A program made the translations under genes and the position numbers. Shown here in pieces: positions 1 through 12,423 of a stretch of 64,000 bases of DNA. Position 1 is the stretch's first letter; the number at the start of each line of letters is the position of its first letter. Under the pieces are notes generated by a model that worked only from the letters and a program-made list of their open reading frames with translations, did not search any database and was not told the DNA's origin. The stretch is from Vicugna vicugna (Eukaryota): assembly GCA_013265495.1 (NCBI GenBank), contig MU058387.1, forward strand, positions 496,001 through 560,000. Direction: 5' to 3'.

Positions 1-1169
1 TGGTCCTCAGAAGAAAGGGTAGGAAAGACTGCAGAGGCAGTACTAAATATGTCAATCAAACGCGAATAGCAAGAAAAAGTATCGTCTTCATCTACCAAGA
101 ACAACCATGGCGTGACTGTAGGGGAACATTGAATTTGGTCACAAATGTGCCCAACAAATGCTCGGTGCAATGTATGCTGAGTTATCAAAAGTGAAATGTA
201 ATTCAGATCGTAAATGTGATGTGTTATTTTTACACAAAGGAGGTTGAAATGTTGGATTGGACACCACTGTTTGATTTTGTTTGTACACGTTCCTCACCAT
301 GTCTGTCTCAGGATATGCATTCTGGGGAAGTAAGAAAGATTCAAAAGTGACATTCTTTCTAAACCATTTTTAAAAAATAATGGAGAAAAGTCCAAATTTA
401 ACCTCCTGTCCTGTTCTCACCTCTGATGGGAGTGTTAAAAAGAAATAAAGTAGCTGGTAGTTAGGAAACAAGACATAAGCCGCAATTAAGCCAAAACAAA
501 AATCAAACAGAAGAGTGAGACTGGATATTCTAAACGACTTTAAAAAAAAAAGTGTTGCTTGAAACATTGGATTCACTAGATGTTAATAGCTTTGACACGT
601 GCTGGGATAAATAAAACAAAGTTGGACTGCATTGGTTTCTTTTAACAATTGTATTGAGATGCTTTAAGAGAATGATAAACTGGGTAGGTTTTCCAAGTAC
701 TGTGTGTCCTCGGAACCTTCTTTCTTAGGGAGTACCTTGCGAAACGAATGCCCCAAGTTTTAAGAATTAGAAGGACAACCAACTTTTAAAGATTCTGGGT
801 TCACCATCCTATTTTCACACAGCCCCAGAGTTAAAAGCCACATGTGTAGACTCTTAGCAGAGTAAGAAAAGTTCTTCACTTAGTACAGGGTCAATACTGT
901 TTCAATAAGATATTTTTAAAATATCCAAATTCAAAATTAAATGTGAAAGGAGCCGTTACCTCATATTCTGTCAGAGATCTGAGAATCAGAGCACAGACTA
1001 GACATCGGAAATTCACCCATCCCATGTATTAACAATAAAAGTAAAGATGATCCCAAGTGCCATTGCTATATTATATTAGCTCATTTGATCTTTGATGGTT
1101 ACTTTTGATAGTCAGTGCTGGTCCTCAATGTTTCAGTTACTTAATACTTCTTCTATAAACAGATTCCTC

Positions 1170-1206
<37 letters not shown>
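1170..1206. repeat. (TG)n microsatellite
   Basis: Run of GT dinucleotides ending in GTAT variants, read directly. Confidence 0.95.
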
Positions 1207-1976
1207 CTGTTTAACTCTTTGGTATGTTGAAGAAAAAGTAAAAGCAATCTTAAATAAAACTTTCTAATAGAGATGGGGAAATTCCTAGGTTTCCTTGTAG
1301 TAATCTTTATTGTGACAAAACAGATCTTTAATTAACAGAGATTATCAAAAGTGAATGAATGCCTAAAGAAAAAAAAATCACTTTGAGATTGTACTTTTAA
1401 TTTTGTATCACAGAGAACTAACAACGTACATATTCCTAATGGCCCAAGATACACCAGTAGAAACGCAACTGACTACCCAAAAATAAAAATAAATCTTTAG
1501 AGAGTCTTAATCTCATAAAAAAGAGAATCTAGTACCATCTCCATTGATGTTTTGATATAGAAGACGTTTTATTATGGATACCTGGAAATAAAATATTTAA
1601 TTGCTTCAGACGAGCTCTGGTGAAATGATTTGAAGACTATTTGACTCAAAACAAAAATTTAAAAGTGGAGAGCTTATCCTTAAAAACCTTATTAAAAATA
1701 AAATTTTTATTTCAAGTATAAATTAGTTTAGTAAAATGGTTATTTTGTATTAGCAACTTTCCGAAACGATTTAAATACTAAAAAATAACTAGTAAGGCTT
1801 TGTAAGATTCTGTTCAAGGAAGGAAAATTCATTATATGAGACAGTCATGTATTCAGTGACCTTAAGAACAACCTCTTGATGGATATGTCCAAAGGTACAT
1901 GATGAGACATGAGGAAACTTTGGGGTCTCATTTTCTTGTTAATAGGGAATATGGTTAAGTGCTTGAGAAATCTAAA

Positions 1977-2180
1977 ACGAGGCTCTCAACTTCAGAACTG
2001 CGGACATTTCTGAGGGGCTGGGTAATTACTGTCCAGGGCTGTCCTGTGTTGAGCGGCATCCTTGTCCTCTACCCACTGGATGTCAATAACACTCTCCCAC
2101 CATTTGTGACAACAGAAATGTCTCCAGGCATTGCCAAATGTCCCGTGGAGGGAAATACCATCCTCAGTTGAAAATTTCTG
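1977..2180 (-). mobile_element. MER20-like hAT DNA transposon fossil
   Basis: Contains 'ctctacccactggatg...tgtgacaacagaaatgtctccaggcattgccaaatgtccc', the reverse complement of the recalled MER20 core GGGACATTTGGCAATGTCTGGAGACATTT...GTTGTCACAA. Confidence 0.85.
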
Positions 2181-3779
2181 GTTTTATATATTGTCCTCTC
2201 TGGATATGAATTTATAGAGAATTTATTTATGGAGTCCTGGAAACATTTTCAATGTGCTTTCCTGGCCTCTTGAAGTTTACAGAAAAGGAAGCTCTTTGGA
2301 ATCTGTTTGTAAGGATATTGACTTCTGCTCACACTGACCTTCACTATCTGCATTGTTTCCAAGATTTGGTTACCCCAGTTCATCACTTACGTTCATCACC
2401 ATACAATAAAGATTTTCTATAACGACATCCCTACACTCTCTAGCAATCCCTAAGGAAATAGAAATTGTTTCATTTCTGAATAACAATGTACTCTAATGGA
2501 CAACTTCCATGCCCTCTAGGTCTTTGAACAATTTACGTGCTTTTTTTTAAATGTATTATTTGTGCAGATTTTAACGTTATAAATAGATTAAAGTCAACAT
2601 TCAGTAGTTGACTTTGATCACATCCAGGTCAAAGCCCATGTTTTTTCATGAGACCTTTAAGGTTCTCTGTGGTCGAGACCTTGCTAACCTATAGCTTCAT
2701 CTCTTTCAACACCTTGTCTCACAAATCACACTGTAAAATGTTGGGGCACAGTTCATATCATGCCCTACTCCACCGCACCTCGGTGACTTTGTTCCTGCCA
2801 TTCCCTCTTTAAGGACTAAGTGTTTTTTATCCTTTTTTCCATTTCCTGGTTAAATTATTAACATATTTTTAATTACATAAAGTGAATTTTTTTCCCATCA
2901 ACTTGATTAGATTCCTGGCCTTACATGTATGTCTTATGAACAGAGCAGCAGCAATTAGTCAAAAGAACTCTCTCTATATAAAAATATAATACAATATACT
3001 ATAATACCTACAATATATTAAAGATAGTAAATATATATATGTATCTATACACTCAAATGAACTGCACACTGTGTTTTAAGTGAACAACACAAATACAAGT
3101 AATAAAATGTTTGTATGAATCAAAAATATTTCTTCCATTTACTTAGAATTCAAGTAAAAGCCTTTCTAAATCAAATTTTTGTTTGTTTTTCTTTTCTGGC
3201 TTCCATCATGAAACTACATAGAGTTGGTTCCTAGAAAACTATTTAGAGTTCCCAGGAGAAAAAAAAATTGACAGATAAGTTCATAATTGTATTTCAAAAA
3301 CAACAACAATCAAATAAACAGACTTACTAAAAGCGCAGGCATCCTCTGACATCACCAGGAAGTTCTACAGGTAGGTAGTATTTAGAATGGGTGGGTGAGA
3401 AATCATTTTGAATTCTCCTATGTTTACTTAACCTAAATCTGGAATACCATGGTAAGATACACATATACAGCAGCTGTGATCGTTTAAATCTTCTGTTGTT
3501 TTTGTTTTCTTTGTCGAATTCATGCATTTAGATGTTTCTGTAAACAAAACAAGTACCCCGGAGCGGTTGGGTGGCTTACCCACCCATGGTTGTTTTTCAA
3601 AACGGGCGGATGGTGTACGGTGGTTTATGAGCTGCTTCTAAGAGGTGAACAGGGGTGTGTGACTATTTTTCCATCTGTTCTTTTGTGATTTACACAGATT
3701 CCATGCAGATAAAGAGGAGCTGCTGCATCTGACAGAACTCCCCAAGCTGCACTCTAAACAGCGGGGAAGGCCACCTGCT

Positions 3780-3860
3780 ACTCTCCAGCTTATGTTACAT
3801 CAAAGCCGCCTGGATGGCTCACCCTGATTGGCTGACAGCAGGTCTCCAATGGCAAATGCC
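3780..3860. promoter_or_regulatory. Candidate promoter/enhancer motif cluster (TCF/LEF site, two CCAAT boxes)
   Basis: ACATCAAAG at 3797-3805; CTGATTGGCT (NF-Y consensus, - strand) at 3824-3833; CCAAT at 3846-3850; non-repetitive context. Confidence 0.35.
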
Positions 3861-4015
3861 TGCCCATTTCCACAGAAAGAAATCAGCAGGCCCCGGACCA
3901 CAAAAGGACCCCCCAAGAGAGGGTATTTTGGGGTGTGAGGGGAAGGCGGTTACCTACTTTTGTTCATTTACGTTTTAGAGTTCCATGTTTTTTTTCCCCT
4001 CAGGTACTTTTGTTC

Positions 4016-4066
4016 ATTTAATTTAATTTAATTTAATTTAATTTAATTTAATTTAATAATTTAATT
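4016..4066. repeat. (ATTTA)n pentanucleotide microsatellite
   Basis: Tandem atttaattta..., read directly. Confidence 0.95.
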
Positions 4067-6419
4067 TTTAGAAGCTGCACCCCCTCTCCCTCTTATATCT
4101 GGGTATCTGGGAGTGCCACAGGGTACTTTTAATGATGGAGGTGGGCAAGATGAAAAATGGTTTAAGATGAGGGCTACCGTGCTACATTTTTCTTTTTCTG
4201 CTGTCGTTTCCCTTGAGGATTCCTTGAGGACTTGATATTTTTATTTTCTTTTGTTTTGTTTTTGCATTATTTTACTTTACTTTGGAGCAGTGATCCTACT
4301 TATGAAGAACTAGAAGAAAAACTTGGAAATGGGAGTTGTGAATGGCTCCCAGACCTGACTGTCTCCCAGGAAGAACGCCCAGCGCCCCAAAGCGGCTGTC
4401 TGCCACTCAGTGGATGGCCCTGTCACCAGCTTTAAAAGTATCTTAAGAGTATCTTTCTCTCAACAACTCTGAGTTATTTAGTTTTCCCCCTTGAGCAGTT
4501 GATCAATTTCAGTAACAACTACAGAGGTTTGGGGCGACTTTTTTTTAACCACCAAGATGTGAAATTAATCTGGAATAATTTTACGACACACAAGCTATGT
4601 TAATACATGCATGACTCTTCCCAATGACAAGTTTACAAAACCCCTTTAAGACTGAGATGGCAAATGCCAAACATAATTTAATAGTTAGAATCACCCTTAT
4701 TGTGGCTTATCTGTTTTCAAAGTTTATACACAAATTCCCCGCCAATGAACTTCAAGTGCCAGATTTAACTTTCAGGTATAAGTTGGGTCCACGAAGCGCT
4801 GAAGCGTAGATGCTCCTCTATATCTCGGGTGCTTGACATGTAACCTGGAGAATAGACCAATGATGAATAAACTGACACCATTTTGGTGTCATAATTGCCT
4901 GTTTATAGAATTCCATTTAAATCTAGCTACTTAGAACAGTCTGTCTACTGTGGGTTAGAATCCTAACAGAGACTTGTTAGTGTGCAGATATTTCCACCAA
5001 GTTCAGATTGTCCAGATCCCTAGAAGGAAATACAGCTTTGTTTATGTCACAGGCATTCCTCTAAATTCCTAAACCAGCCCCGGAACTGGCAGTGCCGCCC
5101 GGGGCTGTGTATCAGCCCAGAGCTGCTTTGGCAGAACTGCGAGGCAGCTGCCGAGGCAGGAGTGCTGGGGATGCGGGGACAGCAGGGTGCGGGAAAGACT
5201 TGCAGAGTCCCTGCCCTGCTGTCCAGCTCACGTGTGATTCCTGCAGAGACATATTCCCGAGCAGCTGGAGATCAAATGAGTCTGGAGAGAAAGCAGCAGC
5301 AAGAGCAAGAAAAGAAGCTCAAACCCAATAAAGCCATTAAGGGAACTTCGCTTAAATAAGAGAATAACTCAACACGCTAAATTGCCGGGTCATTACTAGA
5401 CTTAGAAGAGGCCCCCCTGGCAGTCCCTAGGATGCCTGAATTAAACAAAGCTGGCAAATGAAAAAGGGAAAGTCATGGCAGGAGAGTTTTACAATTCTTG
5501 AAAGAAGTCTGCACTTGGCAGTTTTGAAGGGTTCACAAAGCTGACCCCAGCGGAGGCAAGGAGGACTGTCACATTCCTGGAAAGGGTTTCACCTGCAGCC
5601 ATGTGGCAAAGGGTCAGAGAAGAGCAGGTTAAGGAACTGGGAGATTTCAAATATATTTGGACTTTACAGTGCTGAGTTAGAAGAGATATGAGACAGAGAG
5701 AGAGGGAGAGATGTTGAGATTGAGGGCAGAAACTCAGCGTGCCAAGTGATTTTTGTTCTGTAAATAAATCCTAAATCAAAAAACTATACTATTTCTAAGT
5801 GCCAAAACTCTTTGAATATATTTAATTTGTTCTTAGCTATTATTTTGAACATTCTAAGAAGTTAAGAAATCAATTGAAACTGGTCAATTTCATTTTGTGT
5901 TTTTTGTTTGTTTTTTTGTTTGAATTAAAGAATATCCAGTGAGAACAAATTCTATCAGCCGGCTTTCAAAGTTCCCCTCTTAACACAAGTCAGACATTTG
6001 AATCTTTAACCCTGTGCTAAGCTGTGGATTTCTGATCATGTGTTTCTCCAGCAAGAATGCAGTCAGTTCCTGGACTAATCTGGTCCCTGGCCATGATCCC
6101 TGCCCCCCGTGGAGTTGCTGGGATATTTGGAATGTCTGTTTATGGGACGGCCTCCTGCACCTGGGACAGCTTGGTGGAGGGGGAGCCTACAAAGGAACAG
6201 TGAGCAGGGGACAGACAGGAACCAAATCAGGTCCGAGGGCCAGCCTCTGCATGCATCAGCAGTGCTTGTCTGCAAAAACTCTGCAGACCTTTCCGACCTT
6301 AACAGGTCCCTCTGTCCTCTTTGAAGAAGGAAATGCTGTCACAACCTATTAGTCACAGAAATGTTCCCTGGGAATACGTGCATTTAATACACCAACAGGT
6401 AATTAAAAGAAAAGAAAAA

Positions 6420-6660
6420 TGAAAATACCCTTTGATGCTCTGATACTACTTCGCAGGAAATTATCCTACTGATAGGCTCATACACATGCTCAAAAGAACA
6501 TGTTCAGGATGTTTATGGCAGCATTGTTTGTAATAGCAAGAGGCTGGAAAGCAAAATTGACCATCAGCAGGAGGCTTAATTAAATTATAGAACCTCTGTA
6601 GAGTGGAGTATTATGAGGCCATTAAAATAGGCAGACAGGAACTCCACAGTGGCTGCTAAC
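6420..6660 (+). mobile_element. Old L1 (L1M-type) ORF2-end/3' UTR fragment
   Basis: 'ggatgtttatggcagcattgtttgtaatagcaagaggctggaaa' and 'ggagtattatgaggccattaaaa' match the conserved L1 3' region. Confidence 0.7.
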
Positions 6661-6737
6661 AGAAAGATCTGTTTAAAAAAGATAATTAAAAAAAAAAAAA
6701 GACTTGCATAGCATGTAAGGCTATTTATGTAGATGTA

Positions 6738-7076
6738 TTGTTGGCTCTCCATATCCTCAGGTTCTGTATCCATGGATTCAATTAACCATAGATTGAAAAT
6801 ATTCAGAAAAAAGTTTCCAGTAAGTTACAAAAAGCAAAACTTACATTTGCCACCTGCAGGCAACTATTTACATAGCATTTACATTGTATTTACATAACAT
6901 TTACATTGAATCAGGTATTATAAGTAATCTGGAGATGAATTTAAAGTACCTGAGAGGATGTGTGTCGGTTATATGCTAATACTATGCCATTGTATATAAA
7001 GGACTTGAGCATCTGTGGATTTTGGTATCAGCAGGAGTCCTGGAACGCATCCCCTGCAGATACCAAGGGATGATGG
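6738..7076 (+). mobile_element. MER2/Tigger3-family non-autonomous DNA transposon
   Basis: Both ends and the interior match the recalled MER2 consensus ('atccatggattcaattaacc', 'ggtattataagtaatctggagatg', 'ggacttgagcatctgtggattttggtatc...gataccaaggga'); TA on the left flank. Confidence 0.85.
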
Positions 7077-7349
7077 TGAATGGGCATTTCCTGGATGGAC
7101 CCAACACATGTTAACTATTTTGGCTTCTAAAAAAGTGGGCAAGAGGGAGTGAGAATTTATATATTATAGACTTTTGCAGGTTGAGTTTTTTTTTAACATG
7201 TGCATATATTGAAAAAAATACTAAAAATGCCATTGTAAAGCTGGCCTTGTGAGTGGACAGAGTAGCTGTGAGTGCTTCTGTGGGGCAGCAGCAGGGGGCA
7301 GTGGAAGGATGCTGGCTGTGGCCTCCGTAGTCCAGGTGCCCCCAGCGCA

Positions 7350-7720
7350 CTTCCTAGGGCTGATCCTCGGTGAGTTACTAAGACTCTCTGAGCTTCTGTT
7401 TCCTCACCTGCAATATGCATATGATTAAAAGTACTTATTTCCTTTGGACTCTTGAAAATAAGTCAAACTACTAATTATTGAAAGTGAATAACAGTGTTAG
7501 AGGTCACAATCTTTTATTTTCATGTAATTTTCCAGTGCAGTTATACAGACATAAATAAATTCTCCAAGCTTTAGCCTCCTTGTTTCTGAAATCAAGATTG
7601 TAATAGACTGTAGCTCATAGTGTTGTCATGAGGATCATACGGAGTAACGCATATGAAACATCTCATAGTTTTTTGGTACATATCAAATTGCTAAATAAAT
7701 ATGAATGACAATTATTATTG
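7350..7720 (+). mobile_element. Two MIR SINE fragments
   Basis: MIR core 'ctctctgagcttctgtttcctcacctgcaa' near 7385, and the 3' portion 'ctcatagtgttgtcatgaggatc...aataaatatg' at about 7610-7720. Confidence 0.7.
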
Positions 7721-8035
7721 TCAAAAATAGAGGACCTACTGTGGTGGATTCGAGTTTAGGCAAAGCACAAACATACAGACACTGCTACTGAAGGTTTATC
7801 TTAACCAGTCAGAATTGACTGTTGGTGGGCTTCTCAGAAAATAGAGTCCCTCTCTGCTACTTTGCCTCATCAAAGATACTTCCTGCAGACTCAAAGTGTC
7901 TTAGCATTCTTTGGCAAATTCCTCACCCTCTGCTTTTCTTTGGTGCAAAATCAGGTCAAGGAAAACACCTGCTAACCCCTCATGTGATCCATTCACATTG
8001 TCCCAGAGAAGATGACAGGTTTTCCATTGGGGTAT

Positions 8036-8400
8036 GTGTCTTAATCTGGGTTGCTTCAAAGGCAAACCCTAAAGAATGAAGTGGCATAAGTCAGAGGAGA
8101 CAGAGATGCTAGTAAATTGTGCCTTTGTGAGTGAGGTACCACTGCAGGTGCCTGGGCATCAGTCCCACTAGGCACGCTCCAAGAAGCCATGGAGAATGGC
8201 TCCAGAATCATCCCATCAGAGGCCGTGGAGGCTGAGTCGTTTAGCTACCAGCTTTCATACCCCATTAGTGGACTTGTCCTTTGGGTGCAAACTACCCTGC
8301 CCTTCTGGTTGCATCTGGGCAAGGCTCCTTCCATGCTAGAGAAGGTCCTCCAAAAGAAGAGAAGGTGACCAGGCTGGCACTGGGAAGCTGTCAACATGCT
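8036..8400 (-). mobile_element. ERVL solo LTR, LTR33/LTR16-like
   Basis: Starts 'tgtcttaatctgggttgcttcaaaggcaaaccct'; internal 'taccactgcagg...ccagaatcatcccatcagagg...ggctgagtcgtttagctaccagct' resembles the reverse of LTR33. Confidence 0.6.
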
Positions 8401-8639
8401 GGAACTGCCCAGGGTAGCAGGTGAGCTGGGGCAGACTCAGTGGGTGTTGACACAGAATAGCATCTGCTGCACAGTGTGCTCCCTGCCTCAGAGGACTGTG
8501 CCCGGCTGGCCTGGGAAGAGTTCTGGAACCCTGGCTTTCTCTTTCCAGTCTTCCTTGTGCATATTTCTATCATTTGTATCTGCATAATTAGAAACAGTTA
8601 TCATGTTCTGTCTACCCTTCTCCCACTGATGTTGGAGTT

Positions 8640-8770
8640 CAAGACCAGAGGTCCATGACGTTTGCCCCCTTGTAGCACGATTCCTGGCCCCAGAGCAGGA
8701 GGGCAGTAGATGGTAATTGAATGTAAGAATGAATGAATGAGTGATTGAATGAATGAACAAATGAAGTTTT
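8640..8770 (+). mobile_element. L2 LINE 3' end
   Basis: Ends in the (TGAA)n tail typical of L2. Confidence 0.6.
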
Positions 8771-10349
8771 GCCTATGGATGCTTATTCAGTAAGTATTGG
8801 GAAGAAGATTTAAATTCTCTTTAAGCCATGTTCTTTTTATTACAGCCTACTAACTAATACATACATTTTACAAATTAAATTCTTTCTTTTCTTTCCATCC
8901 ATCCAGCATCTCTCTCTCTGTCTTTGTTTCACCTTTTTCCCCTTCCTATTTTCCCTTCTGTCATCATCACAAAGGAAATGTGTATAATTTCTATATTCAT
9001 TTAGACTTTTCCCTGACCACATTGTAAACATATTGTATTATCTTGGACTGAGTTCCCTAGAAAGCAAACTTATTTTCCATCCTTCCTCCTCCAGTGTCCT
9101 CAAGATCCGCCCATATACCTGTTGATTGTAGCTGGCACATATTAGCCAGAACCTACAAGCTCTTTGGCATGTAAGTCATTTCCTTCTAGAGCAGGAAATA
9201 TATCTCCCTGTCTGTGCTCTGCTAAGACCTCCCTCTGGCTGTCAGACTGATGTCAAAGACGAAAGAGAAGGCAAGAGCAGACCTTGAGATGGACAAGCTT
9301 AATCCCACAAGTCACCTGCTTCAACGGAAGCCTCAAAGCAAGAGGAGGCTGCTCTCCTCTGTCAAGTAAAAGAAACTGATTATGCAGGCCCAGAGGATGG
9401 AGGAAGACCCAGGTTTTAAGGTTTTCATTTTCAACCATCCATATACCCTTGAGTGATTTCTGACTTTGGCAAAGAAAACCCATCCAGTATGAGCATTCTG
9501 TGTCTTCTGCAACTCTGTACCCTGATAATCACATCCTGATCTTAATTTTTAACATAGTAGAGGCAGTAATTGCAAGAAATAAAAATGCCCTCGAAGCTGC
9601 CATGAAGGAATACTGGCTTTCACAGCACAGCAAGAGTTGACACCTGACTGCTCAGAGCCTTTCATTATTATTAACACTCCCGAAGCAGTTAAAAGAGCCC
9701 AGCTCTCTCCACGATCCTTACAATGATAACTGTCCTCCTGTATTCCAAGCACCGTTGCTCCCACACATCCCTGTGCCTCACCTTCCTCCTGCACCTTGTC
9801 CCACTCCACCACAGACAGATAGCTGAGTAGTTGTGATGAGTGTTGGGGAAACAGATACCCAATTCATACCAGGGGGGAAGTGCTTATGGCCACCAGGAAG
9901 CCAGCTCCCAAGTCTGCTCCTGAAGGTTTATTTTCTAGACTCACTCCTGTGTACCTACTTTCGCACCAGAAAGTAACCTACGTAGCCTGCGGTCAGTAAA
10001 GGAGACGCCAGAGACAAAGGGCTTCTGGGCTATTACTTTATCCTGGACTGAAAACACAGGGAATGGGCACACGGGACAAGGCAGTGAAGAAGGGTAGGAG
10101 GGAACACCAGCATCAGTTGCTGCCCCCGGGTGCAGCGAACTGTTCAGACTCCTACAGGGCCATCTTCTGAGAGGCTGAGTCAACAATAAGACAATCAGCC
10201 CCAGAAAGAAAAACAATTATCTATCAGCTCCCAACTTCCTTTGGATAAAAGTTCACCCCTTTGAAACTTAAGTCTCCACATTTTTAGTTTCCATAAGCAT
10301 GGGCATCAGTCTGGGTACCATGGTGTCTCAAGGCACAGGATCCAATTAA

Positions 10350-10452
10350 GTGAGCAGCTGAGCTGGTGGGCTTAAAACTGAAGGGTTTCCCATTAACAGT
10401 CGTGTTAAATGCAGGAAAGTCCTGGGCAAACCAGGACAAATTGGTCAGTCTG
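10350..10452. mobile_element. MER81/MER94-like hAT MITE remnant
   Basis: 'ggaaagtcctgggcaaaccaggacaaattggtca' matches the recalled terminal inverted repeat of these elements. Confidence 0.55.
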
Positions 10453-11316
10453 TCACAGGGACATCCAGGTAGGAGGGGAGAGGTATTCGAACCGAGATGC
10501 TATCAGGTTGTGCTTCCTGAAGTTAATCAGAGATCTGGTCATCTCAGCAGCAGCTAGAACAAACGCTGGTGAGGCTACAAGGACATAAAGTGACACATAG
10601 AAGATGTCTGAAATGGTATTTTAGTATTTCCTAGAAAATTGTTTCAGCCATTGAATGAAAGTCTTATTTTAATATCTCTGTCTTGTTTTATTAAAATCTC
10701 CCTTTCTTGTTTCATTCCCTCTAGGACAATCAGATTCTTAATCTGCAGCATATTAATAATGCCTTGCCTCAATCAGCATAAACTTTTTCGATTCTTTTGC
10801 CTAATTTATGGTAAATCAAATTACAATAGAATCGTTGAAAGCTTATTTTCCACAGCAGTCGGAGGGTAGTATAGTCCGTTATATCATTCGGATTAAATAT
10901 TGTAAACGGCTTTTTTTCAAATAAAAAGAGAAAAAAACCCATAAAATATTCTTGGCAAACTTGTGGAGGCGGTGCCAGGGCGACACTGCGCAGCAGAGGG
11001 GACGGGCGCCCTGATCCTTCCTTTGCGGGACTGCGGTTCAAGTTACAGTTTGTTTTATGTGCTTGTAAATGAAATCGTTTGAGGGTCTCATGACACAGAT
11101 CATCTGCGATTTGCAACATTTGGCACAACTTTTACTCTGTTCTGGAAATACCTTACAAATGAGCTAGGATCTCAAGAGTGAGTTCCATCTCCCAGGACAG
11201 GAAGTGAGCCTGCCTAGAATTTATAAGAGGTGAGTAAGTGCTGAGAAGTGGCAACCAAACCTCCTTTTCCTGGGGATGCAGAAGTGAACACCACTCCTCT
11301 TCATTACCCTGTTGGA

Positions 11317-11396
11317 TCTTTCCTTTCTTTTCTTTTCTTTCTTCCTTCCTTCCTTCCTTCCTTCCTTCCTTCCTTCCTTCCTTCCTTCCTTCCTTC

Positions 11397-11489
<93 letters not shown>

Positions 11490-11637
11490 TTTCTTTCTTC
11501 CTTTCTTTCTTTCTTCCTTTCTTTTCTTTCTTTCTTTTCTTCCTTTCTTTTCTTTCTTTCTTCCTTCCTTCCTTCCTTCCTTCCTTTCTTCCTTTCTTTC
11601 TTTCTTTCGTTCTTCCGTTCTTTCGTTCTTTCTTTTT
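11317..11637. repeat. Compound (CCTT)n/(CTTT)n microsatellite, about 320 bp pyrimidine tract
   Basis: Read directly; accounts for the three S/F/L-rich ORFs at 11238-11670. Confidence 0.97.
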
Positions 11638-11958
11638 AATTTTGCAGAGTTTAGTTTTTTAAGAGACTAGACAGAAGTGGGGTTAGGTTTGCAATGAAGG
11701 GAAATGCAATACAGGAGAAATACACTGGTACTTATTTGTCTACTTTCCCAGAGTGGTACATCCATGCTTGCCATCAGCACCCACTTTCTGTGTGTTTTTA
11801 AAAAGTGAAACGATAGTTAATTTTTAAAATCCACATTGTTTCCTTCAACACTGAGTCCTTTCTAATGTTGATGACAAAAAGTTGTAACAATAATAGCAGA
11901 CACTTCTTCAAGGATGGAAGCAGCTTGGAGCTGTATAAACAGCACATGTCTGGGTGTA

Positions 11959-12423
11959 GGTTGTGGCTTGCATTGTGTCCCCCCAAAAGATGTGCTGAAG
12001 TTCTAACCCTGCTACCTGTGAATGTGGCCTTCTTGGAAAGAGCCTTTGTAGATGTAATGAAGTTAAGATGAGGTTGTCCCAGATTAGGGTGGGTTCTAAG
12101 TCCAATGACATGTGTCCTTATAAGAATGTCATGTGAAGGCACAGGGACACAGAGACACACCAGGAGAATGCCACAGGATGACAGAGGCAAAGATGGAGTG
12201 ATACAGCCACAAGCCAAGGAATGCCAAGGGTCGTCACAACCACTGGAAGCTGGGAGAGAGGCATGGGACCAATTCTCCATTAGAACTTCTAGAAGGATCC
12301 AACACTGCCAACTCCTTGATCTCAGACTTCTAGCTGCCAGAACTGTGAAAGAATGCATTTTGGCTGCACTAAGCCACCCAGCTTGTGGTATTTTGTTACA
12401 GCAGTCCAGGGAAGCTCATTTGA
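11959..12423 (+). mobile_element. MaLR solo LTR, MLT1C-like, near full length
   Basis: Colinear match to recalled MLT1C: 'tgtgtccccccaaaagat...agttaagatgagg...agccacaagccaaggaatgccaagg...ccagaactgtga...taagccacccagcttgtggtattttgttacagcag'. Confidence 0.9.

Noticed and set aside
1..69. Plus-strand C-terminus WSSEERVGKTAEAVLNMSIKRE-stop with AATAAA at 610-615
   Set aside because: Only 22 codons are visible, the peptide is not recognised, and AATAAA is common in this AT-rich DNA.
4873..4891. Inverted repeat tgacacca-ttt-tggtgtca resembling paired T-box/TGACA sites
   Set aside because: 8-bp arms are expected by chance in 64 kb; no other support.
11238..11670. Three overlapping 116-140 aa S/F/L/P-rich ORFs
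   Set aside because: They are translations of the CT-rich microsatellite, which cannot contain stop codons.
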